A stretch of DNA of 64,000 nucleotides from Octopus vulgaris (taxonomy: Eukaryota). Positions 1-12,863 of the stretch are shown here, piece by piece (within the stretch, counting starts at the first letter, position 1; every line of letters starts with the position of its first letter). The notes beneath the pieces are model-generated. The model made no database searches. It saw only the letters and a list, made by a program, of their open reading frames with translations, and had not been told where the DNA came from. Made by a program: the position numbers and the translations under genes. Where the stretch lies: positions 81,158,001-81,222,000 of the forward strand of contig OX597826.1 in NCBI GenBank assembly GCA_951406725.2, given 5' to 3'.

Positions 1-1066
1 TGTGGATATGTGTAAGCTGGCAAGGAATGAAGCCAGTATGCTCCAATGGATGTGTAATGTCAGTGTACATACTCAACAGAGTGTAAGTACCTTGAGAGAA
101 GAGTTAGACCTAAGAAGCATCAGATGTGGTGTGCAAGAGAGGCGACTGCGCTGGTATGGTCATGTGATGCGAAGGGATGAGGATAGCTGTGTGAAAAAGT
201 GCCACACTCTAGCGGTTGATGGAACCTGTGGAAGTGGTAGACCCAGGAAGACTAGGGATGAGGTGGTGAAGCACGGCCTTTGAACATTAGGCCTCACCAA
301 GGCAATGACTAGTGATTGAGACCTTTGGAAATATGCTGTGCGTGAGAAGACCCGGCAAGACAAGTGAGACCATAACCTTGTGGCCTATGCCAGTGGTGTA
401 ACCAGCCCACTTGTACGTACCTTTCCTTTGGACACAAAACTCTGCTTGCAAAGACCTGTTGAGGTAAGTGAAATCGAAATCAAAATTGAGTTCGAAATTG
501 AACCTAATTTGGCTGGCACCCATGCCAACCTTCCTTCATTGGACACTAAACTCTGCTTGCGAAGACCTGTTGAGACAAACGAAATCGAATTTGAACCAAA
601 TTCGATGACTGGCACCTGTGCCAATGGAGCGCTAATAGCTCCATCCAAGTGGGATCACTGCCAGAGCAGCTGTCTACCTTCCATGCAGATGGCACGTAAA
701 AAGCACCATTTTAGCATGTTTGTTACCGGTGTCACCTTACTGGCACAGTGCTGGTGGCACATGAACAAAACATTCGAGCAAGGTCATTGCCAGTGCTGCT
801 GGACTGACTCCTGTGAAGGTAACATGTATAAAACACTATTTGAGTATAGCCATTGCCAGTACCGCCTGACTGGCCCTCATGCCGGTGGCATGTAAAAGCA
901 CCCACTACACTCTTGGAGTGGTTGGTATTAGGAAGGGCATCCAGCTGTAGAAACTCTGCCAGATCAGATTGGAGCCTGGTGCAGCCGTCTGGTTCGCCAG
1001 TCCTCAGTCAAATTGTCCAACCCATGCTAGCATGAAAAGCGGACGTTAAATGATGATGATGATGAT
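1..1066 (+). mobile_element. RTE-clade LINE, 3' end (ORF2 C-terminus, 3' UTR, (GAT)n tail)
   Basis: ORF 2..283 (RRLRWYGHVMR...GRPRKT) matches the C-terminus of ORF 14062..15900; ends in catgctagcatgaaaagcggacgttaaa(tga)n like the other copies. Confidence 0.9.
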
Positions 1067-2255
1067 ATATATCTTTCTTGTTTTGAATGGTCTGATGTTC
1101 CTTATATCATAACTTAATTGTTTGTTCCTGTCTGGGCTATTAAAGGTCTTTATTTAGTGAATCTTGCAAGCATGAAGTGGATTCGATCCACTATAGCCAA
1201 ATTTAAATTAGCAGTTCAACAGAACTTTTCTCATGGTGGAAAAATGATTTTTTTCAATGACAGCAGTTTTACATATGCCAGATGCCTTTAGCTAGGCCAA
1301 AATAATGTCTTCACCACTTGACCCTTATAACCTCTTCTACTTCACCAAAAGCTAGAATAGAGATATCACAGTACCACCAATGAAGCCCATTGTTCTCAAA
1401 GATATGCCTATCCTTCTGGATAGTTATAAAAGCAAGAACTCCAAGCAAAAATCTTTGGTCACTTGGTAATAACTGAGTGAGTTGGCTCGTGACAACTCAA
1501 TCAGTAAGGAAACAGATTGCTAGAATCATGATCACAAGCAAAGCAACTACTAAAGACAATGGTCAGAGAGAGAAATGAAATTTACTGTCAGCAACTTTGA
1601 GACCCAACTTCCCACGACCCTACAACTTTCACTTGTTCTAATTCTCTTCTCTTACAACATCATTCTATTGCTGTCTGTGGATTACCGCTAACAATTTGTG
1701 TACGTCAAACTATGCAAGGAAAATCTACATCTATCTTTACTTTACATGCTTTTGGATTTCATCACCTGCCCGTCGAGGCGAGGTATATACAAATGTAACA
1801 GTAAAAATAAATATTTCCTTAAAACTGCATGCATTGTTCATCTCTCGCATCTTACACCATACTTTTACAACTTAATTTCAACCAATACAAAAAATAATCT
1901 TAACCGTTACATATATATATATTGTTGGTCGAACCTATTCGTTCTAATAATGAATTCCTGAAGAAAAGCCTAATTTTGATTTCAAAAGGATTATTTTTTT
2001 TATGTTTTCTTTTTGGAATTAATGAGGCTTGGAAACAATGTGTAGAATCTTTATTGGCTTTGTACCAACTTTTTTTGTCCTTTCCTTATACTTTTTTTAT
2101 TGCTTATACAAATACTGAATATATACATTATTTACATTTGACATATATATATATATATTTAAATAATGAGGGAGATAAATTAATATTAATTTTAATACCA
2201 ATTTAAAACCAGTAGTCTAGCATACAAAAAATCTGAGAAATCAGAGAAAATTCTA

Positions 2256-2588
2256 ATATATGTATATATTGGCAGGGCTTACTGCTAGGGAGTCGGCCGT
2301 ATGCTAGAAATAGACCATCAATGATCAAAACTACAAGGAAATTCTCTAAGGGAAAAATACAGCGAACACCAGAACCAACTTTGGCGGGCATGACAGATGA
2401 AAATTTATATAAAAAAATTTAATTCTGTTTTTTATATAAATTTTCATCTGTCATGCCTGCCAAAGTTGGTTCTGGTGTTCGCTGTATTTTTCCCCTAGAG
2501 AATTTCCTTGTAGTTTTGATCATTGATGGTCTATTTCTAGCATACGGCCGACTCCCTAGCAGTAAGCCCTGCCAATATATACATATAT
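2256..2588. repeat. Long near-perfect inverted repeat (161-bp arms, 11-nt loop) in (TA)n context
   Basis: Arms 2256-2416 and 2428-2588 are reverse complements with 2 mismatches; mirrored ORFs 2203..2391(-) and 2453..2725(+) share the same N-terminal peptide. Confidence 0.95.
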
Positions 2589-2639
2589 ATATAAATATAT
2601 ACATACACACATATATATATATGTACGTGTGTAGGTATA

Positions 2640-2905
2640 CAAGCACCCATGCCACTCGAAACATTGCGCCCAACCCATTGCCCAGTTGCTGTAGGTTTGC
2701 CAAAGCCTGCTCAATGTCTCTGTAGCAGACTTCTCAAGTTTTAACACAGAATCTCATATTGGCTCTTTGTTCCTGTCCATGACAAAACTGCAGGCTACAA
2801 CATCCACGCATGATCACAAAGACACAAATTCCACAAGTTGCAAAGTAAACACAGCAATGTCACTCAGCACACTGCCTCATGTTCTGCCATCTGTTGGCAT
2901 GCTTT
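2640..2905 (-). mobile_element. Mariner transposon 5' fragment, same family as 61841-62748
   Basis: KSATETLSRLWQTYS peptide shared with ORF 61997..62317; DNA similarity to 61880-62170. Confidence 0.75.
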
Positions 2906-2974
2906 TTGTTAACACTTCAAATATACTCAAAAATTAAGTAAAATCCCTGTTTCCCACCTGTAAAGGCTTGTCCT

Positions 2975-3260
2975 TTCCGGTGCCAATGCCACTTAAAAAG
3001 CATTGACATACCTGTGTCAGTGTTGTGCAAATGTACCCGTGCCAGTGGCATGTAATTGAAAGCACCCAGCACTCTCTGTTAAGTGGTTGGCGTTAGGAAG
3101 GGCATCCAGTCTTAGAAACTGTGCCACAATAGACAGCTGGAGTCTGTAGGAGCTTTCTGGTGGCATTTTGAATTTTTTAATATTTCTTTCTTTTCCTCCA
3201 TGTCTAACTGTCCAACCCATGCCAGCATGGAAAGCAGACATTAAACAATGATGATGATCA
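2975..3260 (+). mobile_element. RTE 3'-tail-derived short element
   Basis: gtggttggcgttaggaagggcatccag...catgccagcatggaaagcagacattaaacaatgatgatgat, matching the RTE 3' terminus. Confidence 0.75.
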
Positions 3261-3261
3261 T

Positions 3262-3442
<181 letters not shown>

Positions 3443-5377
3443 GAGGAAAGCCTTTTCAAAAGTTGTGTAGAAAGAGTTTTATATTCATTACAGTGAAGAG
3501 AACTTTTATTCTAGTCACTGTTGTGAACTGATGAAATGCTTAAAAGGAAATAAAACCGTTTGAATATAAAGGTCAGCAGACACGATCAAGTGAGAGAAAG
3601 GTTTAGAGAGGAAAAGAAAGAAAGAAAGAATGAAAGAATAAAAAATTCAAATTGTTAATTGAATATAGGTCAGTATTTGCTCAATTAAAAAAAAGTGACA
3701 CTTTGCTATAATCTGAATAACAAGTTAAAGGAACTGATTTTTAACAATGTTTTTTTTTTTTTAATTCCTGTAAGTGTAAATGTGTCAATTGGAATTTATG
3801 TGAAAAAATTTTTAATTTTCTCAAAGAGAATGTGTGTGCTTGCAAATTTCTTGAAAAATAGTTGTTTGTATATTTGTGAGTAGGAAGAAAAACCAACTCC
3901 AAGATTGCTTTTATATCATTACAATGGAAATTTAAAAAGAGTAAATACACAGAAATCAAATATTACAAAGAAACAATAAACATAGAAATAGAAAGAAGTA
4001 CATATGTTACAACCCACCCTGCAACCAACAAGCAAAACACTTTATAGCAAAAAAAAAAGAGAAAAAAACAGATTTTAACGGTTACTGAAACATTTTCCAC
4101 CTGAGCAAAAATACGACAAACTACAAAATAAAATCATGAGTTTTCCTTTGATCCACCAATAACTTCTCTCAAATGACAGCAAATTCCAACCAAGTAAAAC
4201 TGGAAATAAAAAAGAATGAGCCAAAATCCTATTAACAATGACACAAATCATTGTGATATTCGAAAAACACTTGCCCTCAATGAGGAGAATGTTTTACTAA
4301 AGACCAGCTTAAGTGACCTCTCTCCACTTTTTCTTTTGTCTTCCTCTCCAGCTACTAAAATGGCATTACTAAAAGTAGGTAGTATACTTGTACATGGCCT
4401 TCTGTCAGCAAAGAATTCTACTCAATTATGTTGGATCGTTGTGTTGAGATGCGGTTGCCATTAGCAAGCCAGGATTTCCAAGACAAAAAAATCACTCAAC
4501 CTCCTTCTAAAAGACTATGAGACCTACTTAAACAGATTGGATGATGTAGTGGGGCTGTTTTGGTAAGGCCTGGTCCCAGAGGTAAATACTGTTTTTCTAG
4601 ACCCATCAACACACTCAGTGATGCTAACAATAATTATGTTTTATAAATTAAGCAGTTTCAAAAAATTAATTAGTCTGTAGAGAATTTGCAGTCTGTAATG
4701 TTTGGAGGCCTTCTTCCTATAGTGAGATCAGCGCTGTAGATTTGTGGCCATTTATACCCTGAACAAGAGTGGGAAGACCAAACTTCTTCAGACGTCTGAA
4801 GACATTCCTTGGAACATCTCACTTATTTGTGTTAGTAGGTGATCAGAATAACATTTTGTATGCATGCAGAATTCTTATGGGTATAGCTGATAAAGAAAAG
4901 GGTCATAAAAGCCTTGCACACCTGATCAGGCACTTCTAACTGCCTCACAGGTTTTGTCTTTATGTTCCACATACACCATTGTAGTCTTGGATTAATTCAA
5001 GCAGATCATCCGAATTATATAGAATTATTGTTAGGTTAGCAGGCAGGATTAATGTATATTATTCACGGTTTCTGATGGTTGTTTACATGGACCAGAAAAT
5101 TGTGATGTGTACAGTCGACTTTGAATAGCCCAAATAGACAGGGGCTGGAAGCTGAATGCATCTCTTCTGATGCAGAAAGATTTCAAAAGCTGGACCAGCA
5201 AACTTGCTAAGTAAGAGTTGAAGGGAACCCTCATCAACAACAGCTGGTCTTAAAAGGGAACAATTTGGATAGAATCGATTAGCTTCAGTAAAGAGATAGA
5301 TATCGAGAATGGTAAGATACAGAAGGAATTAAACCATTCAGGAGAGACTCAAAGAAGAAGCATCGTGAATGACTTAC

Positions 5378-5730
5378 TTTTTACTCTTTTTACTCTTTTA
5401 CTTGTTTCAGTCATTTGACTGCAGCCATGCTGGAGCACCGCCTTTAGTCGAGTAAATCAACCCCAGGACTTATTCTTTATAAGCCTAGTACTTATTCTAT
5501 TGGCCTCTTTTGCTGAACCACTAAGTTACGGGGACGTAAACACACCAGCACCTGTTGTCAAGCGATGTTGGGGGGACAAACACAGACACACAAACACATG
5601 CATACATATATACGACGGGCTTCTTTCAGTTTCCGTCTACCAAATCCACTCACAAGGCTTTGGTTGACTCGAGGCTATAGTAGAAGACACTTGCCCAAGG
5701 TGCCATGCAGTGGGACTGAACCCGGAACCT
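5378..5730 (-). mobile_element. tRNA-derived SINE family A (5'-clipped)
   Basis: Reverse complement of the 11256-11662 sequence. Confidence 0.85.
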
Positions 5731-5759
5731 AGCAGTAAGAATGACCCTCAAGTATTTCT

Positions 5760-7592
5760 TCAATATAAAGTACAAAAGATGTCACTCCTGCTGAGGTGCA
5801 AGTGCTGAAATATGAGGATACGGAAGCAGTTCAATGGTCTCACGTGACAGAAATGCAGAGTGGCAGCAAGGCCAGAATTCAGTCTGTGATGGACCCCTAC
5901 TGGCACGTGCTCTCCTCCCTTGCCAAACACAGACAAGTGCAGCTTTCCAATAAGTACTTTACCTAACTGTTCTCATTGCACGAGAGACAAGAGACAAGAT
6001 ATGTTGATGTCTACGTTGATGGTTTCTTGCGACTCTTGAGCAGAGAGATAGACTGCTGCAAAATGCTGATTTCAGTAAACGAAGTGGCGCGCATGCCGGG
6101 CTACTCTGTGAGGTCCAGAGACCGCCATGATTGGATGGTCTTCTTTATGAGCTTCATTTCTACAACACCATACTTGTTCACTCTTGTCTTTTTATCCATC
6201 TGACAACAGAACTGAAGCATCCCCAGCTGAGTTAACCGGGGAGTGGCGAGGCTGAGGAAGGAGGATGCAAACAAGAAGGACATGGTTAAGAATTTCAGGC
6301 CAATAATTCTGCTTAACACAAATTCAAAGAATTTGGCAAAGGTGCTCTCCAAAAGGCTAGCACTTGTCTGCAAAAGTGAATCAGAAAAGGAAAAACATTA
6401 TGCAATCACTGCCGTGTACAGTTCTCAGAAACCATTGAACTTCAAATATACGATCCTCCAAGAATGCCCTCTCGCCATGATGCCATATGTTTTGGTTTTG
6501 GAGCCATTACCATGGAGAATAGAGACTTTGAAAGGTTACCCATTCAAAGAGGGTCACAGAAAACCATATCAACATATGCAGACAGAAGTGGTCGACATTG
6601 TACTGGTGGAATACGAGGAGTGTACAGGAACTCACACCAGAGACGAGTCAGTGGGTATCAGATGAAACAAGTCACATAGCATCAGCCCTGGCAGGCAGCA
6701 GTGATTTCTATCACTGGACTGAGCACCTGGTGCTCGAGGTTTGGTTTGGAGCAGACCTTCAGGTGGAATAGGAACTGGGAAAAGGTTATGAGAAGTGTGG
6801 CAAGTCACATTCAGAAATAGGTAAAAGTTGGGTGGAAGTGACTAATGCAACCATTTCCCCAGAGATGTAGCTTGTCCCCATGAAACACCTGACCAGGTTG
6901 AAATGTATGCTTTTCTGGTCCTTATAGAAGGGGCAGATTCTACTGATCAGGGAATCCATCTCCTGGCAATAGCCACTCTTTGATGGTCTTAGAGTGCTGC
7001 TGCTTATATGTGCTGATACACCTGTAGAAATATTTAGATCATTGCGATTATGACAATGTCGACAAAAACAAAAGAGAAATTAGCATGGGTACCCTTCATG
7101 CAACAAGTCTGTCCACAGCCTATGTCTTTGACTTAACTGAAATTATGGCTGAAGCTTAGACCAAGGTTGGGTGCTTGGCACATAGAAAATTATCAAAGAC
7201 TTACAGCACTCGACTACTATTGGTGGTAAAACAATTCTTGCATTCTAGTTAGTAGAGTGTAGGAGCGAAGGTAGCCTGGGAATGGCTCTGGTCATCAACG
7301 ATAACGGTCTAAGCTGTCAGTACATAAGAACTTTCAAGTCGAGGATTTTGGGCAACTTCTCAAAGTCTCAAAGTATGGCAGTATTACAAGAGGGATGAAC
7401 ATTATCTGTTCAAGATACAGAATAATCCAAGTTCTTGTGCCGATTTCCCTTCACCAAAAAGTCTTCCCTAGCATTGAGAACTTTCTAGTTATAGATATTT
7501 TTTAAAACTTTTTTTCTGTTGTTGCCAACCATATTTTTGTATTTGTTTTTTGTTGCCCTTAATGTGTTGAGTTCTTGTGGCCAATAAAAGAA
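5760..7592 (+). pseudogene. Degenerate L1/Tx1-type LINE ORF2 remnant with 3' end
   Basis: ORF 6243..6665 contains KNFRPIILLNTNSKNLAKVLSKRL (L1/Tx1 RT domain-1 type motif) and a decayed QGCPL-like QECPL; 3' end tgtggccaataaaagaag shared with 59380-59885. Confidence 0.65.
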
Positions 7593-7815
7593 GTCATCAT
7601 CATCATCATCATCATCATTATGGCAGTGAAATAAAAGTATACAAAGCACTGAACAAAATTCCTTACCGTATTTAGTTATCTCACTCTTTTTGAACCTTCT
7701 TTACTGTTTAATTCTCTCTCCCTCTCTATCTCTATCTCTATCTTTCTCTCTCTCCTCCCTTTATCTGTCTATGTTTCTCTTTGCCTCTCTCTCTCTCTTT
7801 CTATTTACCTACTTG

Positions 7816-7849
<34 letters not shown>

Positions 7850-8549
7850 CACCTGCCATTCCCTCCCACACACACAAGACAAACAGTATGGTAATGCTTC
7901 TGTGACAATATATTTCTTGCAGTAATCAGTAACTCTGCCGGCTTTCTTCGATGTCGGTTTAACCTTATTGAGTGGAAAAAAATGAAAATAAACATCAAAT
8001 TGTCATACTGACAGGTCAGTTAATTACATAGATTACAACAACAACAGCAACAACAACAACAACAAGGTTTTGCTGATATGAAGAGAGAAAAACAAAGATG
8101 AAATGAGAGAAAGAGTAAGAGAGAGAGAGAGAGAGAGAGAAGTTAAGATAAAAAAGTAATTATCTTTTGAATTTTTAAACATTATCTCATTAATAAGAAT
8201 TCATTGTGAAATATCAGTCATTAAAATAACTGTTGCAGGAGAGAGTGAGGAATGGTATCTGGGATGGATGCTTCAAGAATGGCTTCAGAAACAAAACAGA
8301 ACAGAGAAAGCAATTACACAAAGATAGTTAATCTTTTCTCTCTAATTCCTTCCCCACCGTCCTCTCACCCACTGACCCGACACCCTGCCTCTAGTTTGGA
8401 TGTGATCGCTTCATAAATAATGTAGATTGTTTTTTCATGCTGTCATATCTTCACAGATGAGCATCAAATGGAAGAATCAGCAGAGTAAACATGGATAATT
8501 ATCGTTATTATCATTATAATTAATATCATAAATTAATAATAATAATAAT

Positions 8550-8819
8550 CATCATCATCATCGTTTAGCGTCTGCTTTCCATGCTAGCATGGGTTGGACA
8601 GTTCAACTGGGGTCTGGGAAGCCAGAAGGCTGCACCAGGCCCAGTTTGATCTGGCAATGTTTCTACGGCTGGATGCCCTTCCTAACGCCAACCGCTCCAT
8701 GAGTGTAGTGGGTACTTTTTACGTGCCAGACGAGTCTGGCAAACGCCCACGATTGGATGGCGCTTTTTATGTGCCACCAGCACAGGGACCAGGCGAGGCT
8801 GGCAATGGCCACGAACGGA
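8550..8819 (-). mobile_element. RTE 3'-end fragment
   Basis: Reverse complement of the RTE terminal ~270 bp with (CAT)n. Confidence 0.85.
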
Positions 8820-8910
8820 TATATATATATATATAACTCTAGGGATGGTATTATTAAAATACCATCACAAGTGGTAAGCGAATTATTAGCCGTACAGGCA
8901 AATTAGTTAA

Positions 8911-9153
8911 ATATATACATACAATATTAGACATGTACATATATACAGAAGGGCACGACATGAGTACCTACATCGCCAACTATAGAAGTCAAAAAACACT
9001 TTTATACCACCAAAAAGTTACTATCTTGTCTGTAATAGATTTGTGACTTTTCGGTGGTACAGAAGCACCTCTTGACTTCTACAACCAGCGATATAGGCAC
9101 TCACGCAGCACCCTTCGGTACACATGTACATATCTAATATTGCATGTATATAT
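8911..9153 (-). repeat. Foldback with 111-bp arms and 21-nt loop, G-U-rich on the minus strand
   Basis: Arms 8911-9021 and 9043-9153 align without gaps; 26 mismatches, 22 of which form G-U pairs on the minus strand. Confidence 0.9.
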
Positions 9154-9162
9154 TTTATATGA

Positions 9163-9203
<41 letters not shown>

Positions 9204-9260
9204 TAGGTATAGTGAGAGAGAGAAAGAAAGGCAACAGACATGCAGTAAAGTGCTATTTAT

Positions 9261-9458
9261 AGGTGTAGGAGTGGCTGTGTGGTAAGTAACCTGCTTACGA
9301 ACCACATGGTTCCTGGTTCAGTCCCACTGCATGGCACCTTGGCCAAATGTCTTCTATAGCCTCGGGCCGACCAAAGCCTGTTGAGTGGATTTTGTAGACA
9401 GAAACTGAAAGAAGCCTGTCGTACATATGTATGTATATATATATATATAAATATGCGT

Positions 9459-9492
<34 letters not shown>

Positions 9493-9686
9493 CTATGTTT
9501 GTGTGTCTGTGTTTGTTCCCCCAACATCGCTTGACAACCGATGATGGTGTGATTAGCAGTTCGGCAAAAGAGACCGATAGAAAAAGTACAAGGCCTACAA
9601 AGAAAAAGCCCCGGAGTCGATTTGATCAACCGAAGGCAGTGATCCAGCATGGCCACAGTCAAATGACTGAAACAAGTAAAAGAGTA
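9261..9686 (+). mobile_element. tRNA-derived SINE family A
   Basis: A-box-like gtggctgtgtgg, B-box-like ggttcagtccc, internal (TA)(TG) tract, tail cagcatggccacagtcaaatgactgaaacaagtaaaagag. Confidence 0.9.
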
Positions 9687-9772
9687 TATTGTTTTATAGT
9701 TTTATTGCTCATATATTTTTTACACGTATTTTTTTCTATATTTTACTTTCCACATTTTCCTGTCCGTTTATA

Positions 9773-10222
9773 GACGTGTATATGGCTGTGTGGTATGTAG
9801 CTTGCTTACCAGCCACATGGTTCCGGGTTCAGTCTGACTGAGTGGCGCTTTGAGCAAGGGTCTTCTACTATAGCCTCGAGCCGACCAAAGCGTTGTGAGT
9901 GGATTTGGCGGACAGAAAGAGAAATAAGCCATTCGTATATATCTATATATATACAACCCCTATCTCAATTTGTAAATATATATATATATATATATCTGTG
10001 TGTGTGTGTGTGTTTGTGTGTCTGAATTTAGTCACCACCCACCATCGGTTCACAAACAATACTGGTGTTTTTAAGTCCCCTTAACTAGCGGTTCGGCAAA
10101 AACCACCGATAGAATCAACACTAGGCTTACAAAGAATTTGTCCTGGGGTCGATTTCTCGATTTAAGGTGGTGCTCCACCAAGGCCGCAGTCAATTGACCG
10201 TAACAAATACAAGAAAAAAAGA
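9773..10222 (+). mobile_element. tRNA-derived SINE family A (diverged)
   Basis: Same head, body and tail organisation as 11256-11662. Confidence 0.8.
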
Positions 10223-10227
10223 ATATA

Positions 10228-10280
<53 letters not shown>

Positions 10281-10459
10281 ATCTATCTATCTATACAATT
10301 ATTCAATCTGATAAAAATGGAAACAAAATTTCCCAAAATGATATCATTTTACAGAAATAAAGAAGAAATCAGTGACGTATGACAGCTGCAACTTGCAAGA
10401 TTCAATGGTAGTTCGTAACAAGATATATAGATAGATAGATAGATAGATATAAATATATA

Positions 10460-11216
10460 TCTAATATATAAAATCCGTTCTGTCTGCGTGTGTGTGTCTT
10501 CTAGGATCTCGGGCATCCTCCATCCGATTGCGCTCAAATTTGATATGTAGATACCGACGGTATCAGGGCATGTATAAGTCTTGAAAAAATTACAAAAATT
10601 GATTCCAGGTGAGAATGCGATCGATAAAGCCATTTTTGTCCTGCTTTTCTTCCGTCAACCTGTACATAACTGCACCTTCCATTTTTTGTTGTTTTTCTAC
10701 TGCTTAAAGGCATGTTTCTTTCCTGCCAAGCTTACTGTTTAAACCATGTTTGTGTTACCCCAGTCAACAGCCTTATCATTACTGGTACTTTAAACTCTTC
10801 GGTTGCATATTTGTGTGAATAAAATCGTTTTCTTTGGAACAGAAAAAAAGTTTCGTTAGGTGGCTTTAGTCAAGCAGAACGGGACGTCATCATCATTTTG
10901 ACCAATCGCTGTATTATAACTGCCTCTTGTCTGTTTCCTGTTTTGACCAGTCGCTTCGTTAGTCAAGCAGAACGGGACGTCATCCAGATTCTGCCCAATC
11001 ACGACTTATAGCTACATTAGATCTGCCCCCTGTCTGTACTTGTTAGGTGACTGGTCAAGCAGAAAAGGACGTCATCAATATTCTGACTAATGACTGTCCC
11101 CTGTTTGTATCCTGTCCATTCTAGCAGAACTAGACGTCATCAACTTGTTGACCAATCAGAATCGGGTCTGACCCTTAGCTGTATCGTATGTATCAGGGTC
11201 AGATTTGCACGAAAGA

Positions 11217-11220
<4 letters not shown>
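10460..11220 (+). mobile_element. Probable non-autonomous Helitron-like element (5' part) with internal subrepeats
   Basis: 5' end a|TCtaatatataaaatccgttctgtctgcgtgtgtgtgtc resembles the Helitron 5' end at 47042; no CTAG 3' end seen. Confidence 0.45.
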
Positions 11221-11255
<35 letters not shown>

Positions 11256-11257
<2 letters not shown>

Positions 11258-11662
11258 CGCAGGAGTGGCTGTGTGGTAAGTAGCTTGCCTACCAACCACA
11301 ATGTTCCAGGTTCAGTCCCACTGTGTGGCACCCTGGCCAAGTGTCTCCTACTATAGCCTCGGGCCGACCAAAGCCCTGTGAGTGGACCCGGTAGACGGAA
11401 ACTGAAAGAAGCCCGTCGCATATATGTATATATATATATATGTGTGTGTGGTTGTGTATCCGTGTCTGTCCCACCAGCATCGCCTGACAACCGATGCTGG
11501 TGTGTCCACATCCCCGCCACCTAGCGGTTCAGCAAAAATAGACCGAGAGAATAAGTACGGGGCCTACAAAGAATAAGTCCCGGGGTCGAGTTGCTCGACT
11601 AAAGGCGGTGCTCCAGCATGGCTGCAGTCAAATGACTGAAACAATTAAAAGAGTAAAAGAGT
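11256..11662 (+). mobile_element. tRNA-derived SINE family A, full length
   Basis: ggcgcaggagtggctgtgtggtaag head, pol III box-like motifs, central microsatellite, 3' ggcggtgctccagcatggctgcagtcaaatgactgaaac; about ten copies in the window. Confidence 0.9.
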
Positions 11663-12243
11663 ATATATATATATATATATATATACAATAAATTCAGGGG
11701 AGAAAAGACTATTATCTATAAAGTATACAATGTAGAGAAAAAAGAAGATTTGAACACCTGGAGGAGAGCACCATCGAAAAGTGTCTTGGTGCAACTATGA
11801 AAGATATCTAACTAGAAGCGGTAAATTCGCCACAATAGAAGCAAGGTTCGAGTCAACAGAGCGTGCAAGGGAGTACTCGACTCGAACTTGCAAAGTGGAA
11901 ATATTTTATTTTTACCTTTATAACTGGGGCGTAGGACATGCCAGATAAAAATTGAAAATACCCCCCACCCCCAGAAGTTGAGGTAGGCTGGATTGTAGCC
12001 ACACTTCTATATAAGAGGGAGGACAAAATACAATTGATCAAAATTGCAATAGACGGGCCAACAATTCCAGTCTGTTATATATTTTGAGTATTGTTATCAC
12101 TAGCGATATCAAGATATAACTTTGTATTTTATATTTTATGTGTAGATGTATTTATATAGATGTACATGTAATATGTACACATATATATACATATATATAC
12201 ATGCACCAGCACTATGACCCGGCAGCGACAGATCATAATGCTA

Positions 12244-12275
<32 letters not shown>

Positions 12276-12334
12276 TTTGATACTTTGATAGGTTTCGGCC
12301 ATTATTGGCCCAGGCCATGTCTAACTTAATAGCA

Positions 12335-12394
<60 letters not shown>

Positions 12395-12397
12395 TAT

Positions 12398-12557
12398 AAA
12401 ATAAATATAAGAGAGTGGTCACTATATGGCTCACTCTAGCACCAGTTAATCCAAAAGGTTTCGACCACGAAAATACATGTATTTTCGTGGTCGAAACCTT
12501 TTGGATTAACTGGTGCTAGAGTGAGCCATATAGTGACCACTCTCTTATATTTATTTT
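12398..12557. repeat. Perfect 160-bp palindrome (80-bp arms, no spacer)
   Basis: Centre aaataca|tgtattt at 12477/12478; arms are exact reverse complements; flanked by long (TA)n. Confidence 0.95.
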
Positions 12558-12684
12558 GTAAAAAATATTATAATATGTTATAAAATATTATAATAATCCA
12601 GGTTTCTCGTAGCACTAGGCCATTTGGTGTTGAATAGATATACTATTAAATTAGTATCTAATTCTCTCACCCTTATTAATTAAT

Positions 12685-12740
<56 letters not shown>

Positions 12741-12745
12741 TATAA

Positions 12746-12776
<31 letters not shown>

Positions 12777-12789
12777 CAACCCCTATCTC

Positions 12790-12832
12790 AATTTGTATAT
12801 ATCTATATATATACAACCCCTATCTCAATTTG

Positions 12833-12863
<31 letters not shown>

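Noticed and set aside
11256-11330. tRNA-like sequences at SINE heads
   Set aside because: They are SINE 5' domains continuous with SINE bodies, not tRNA genes.
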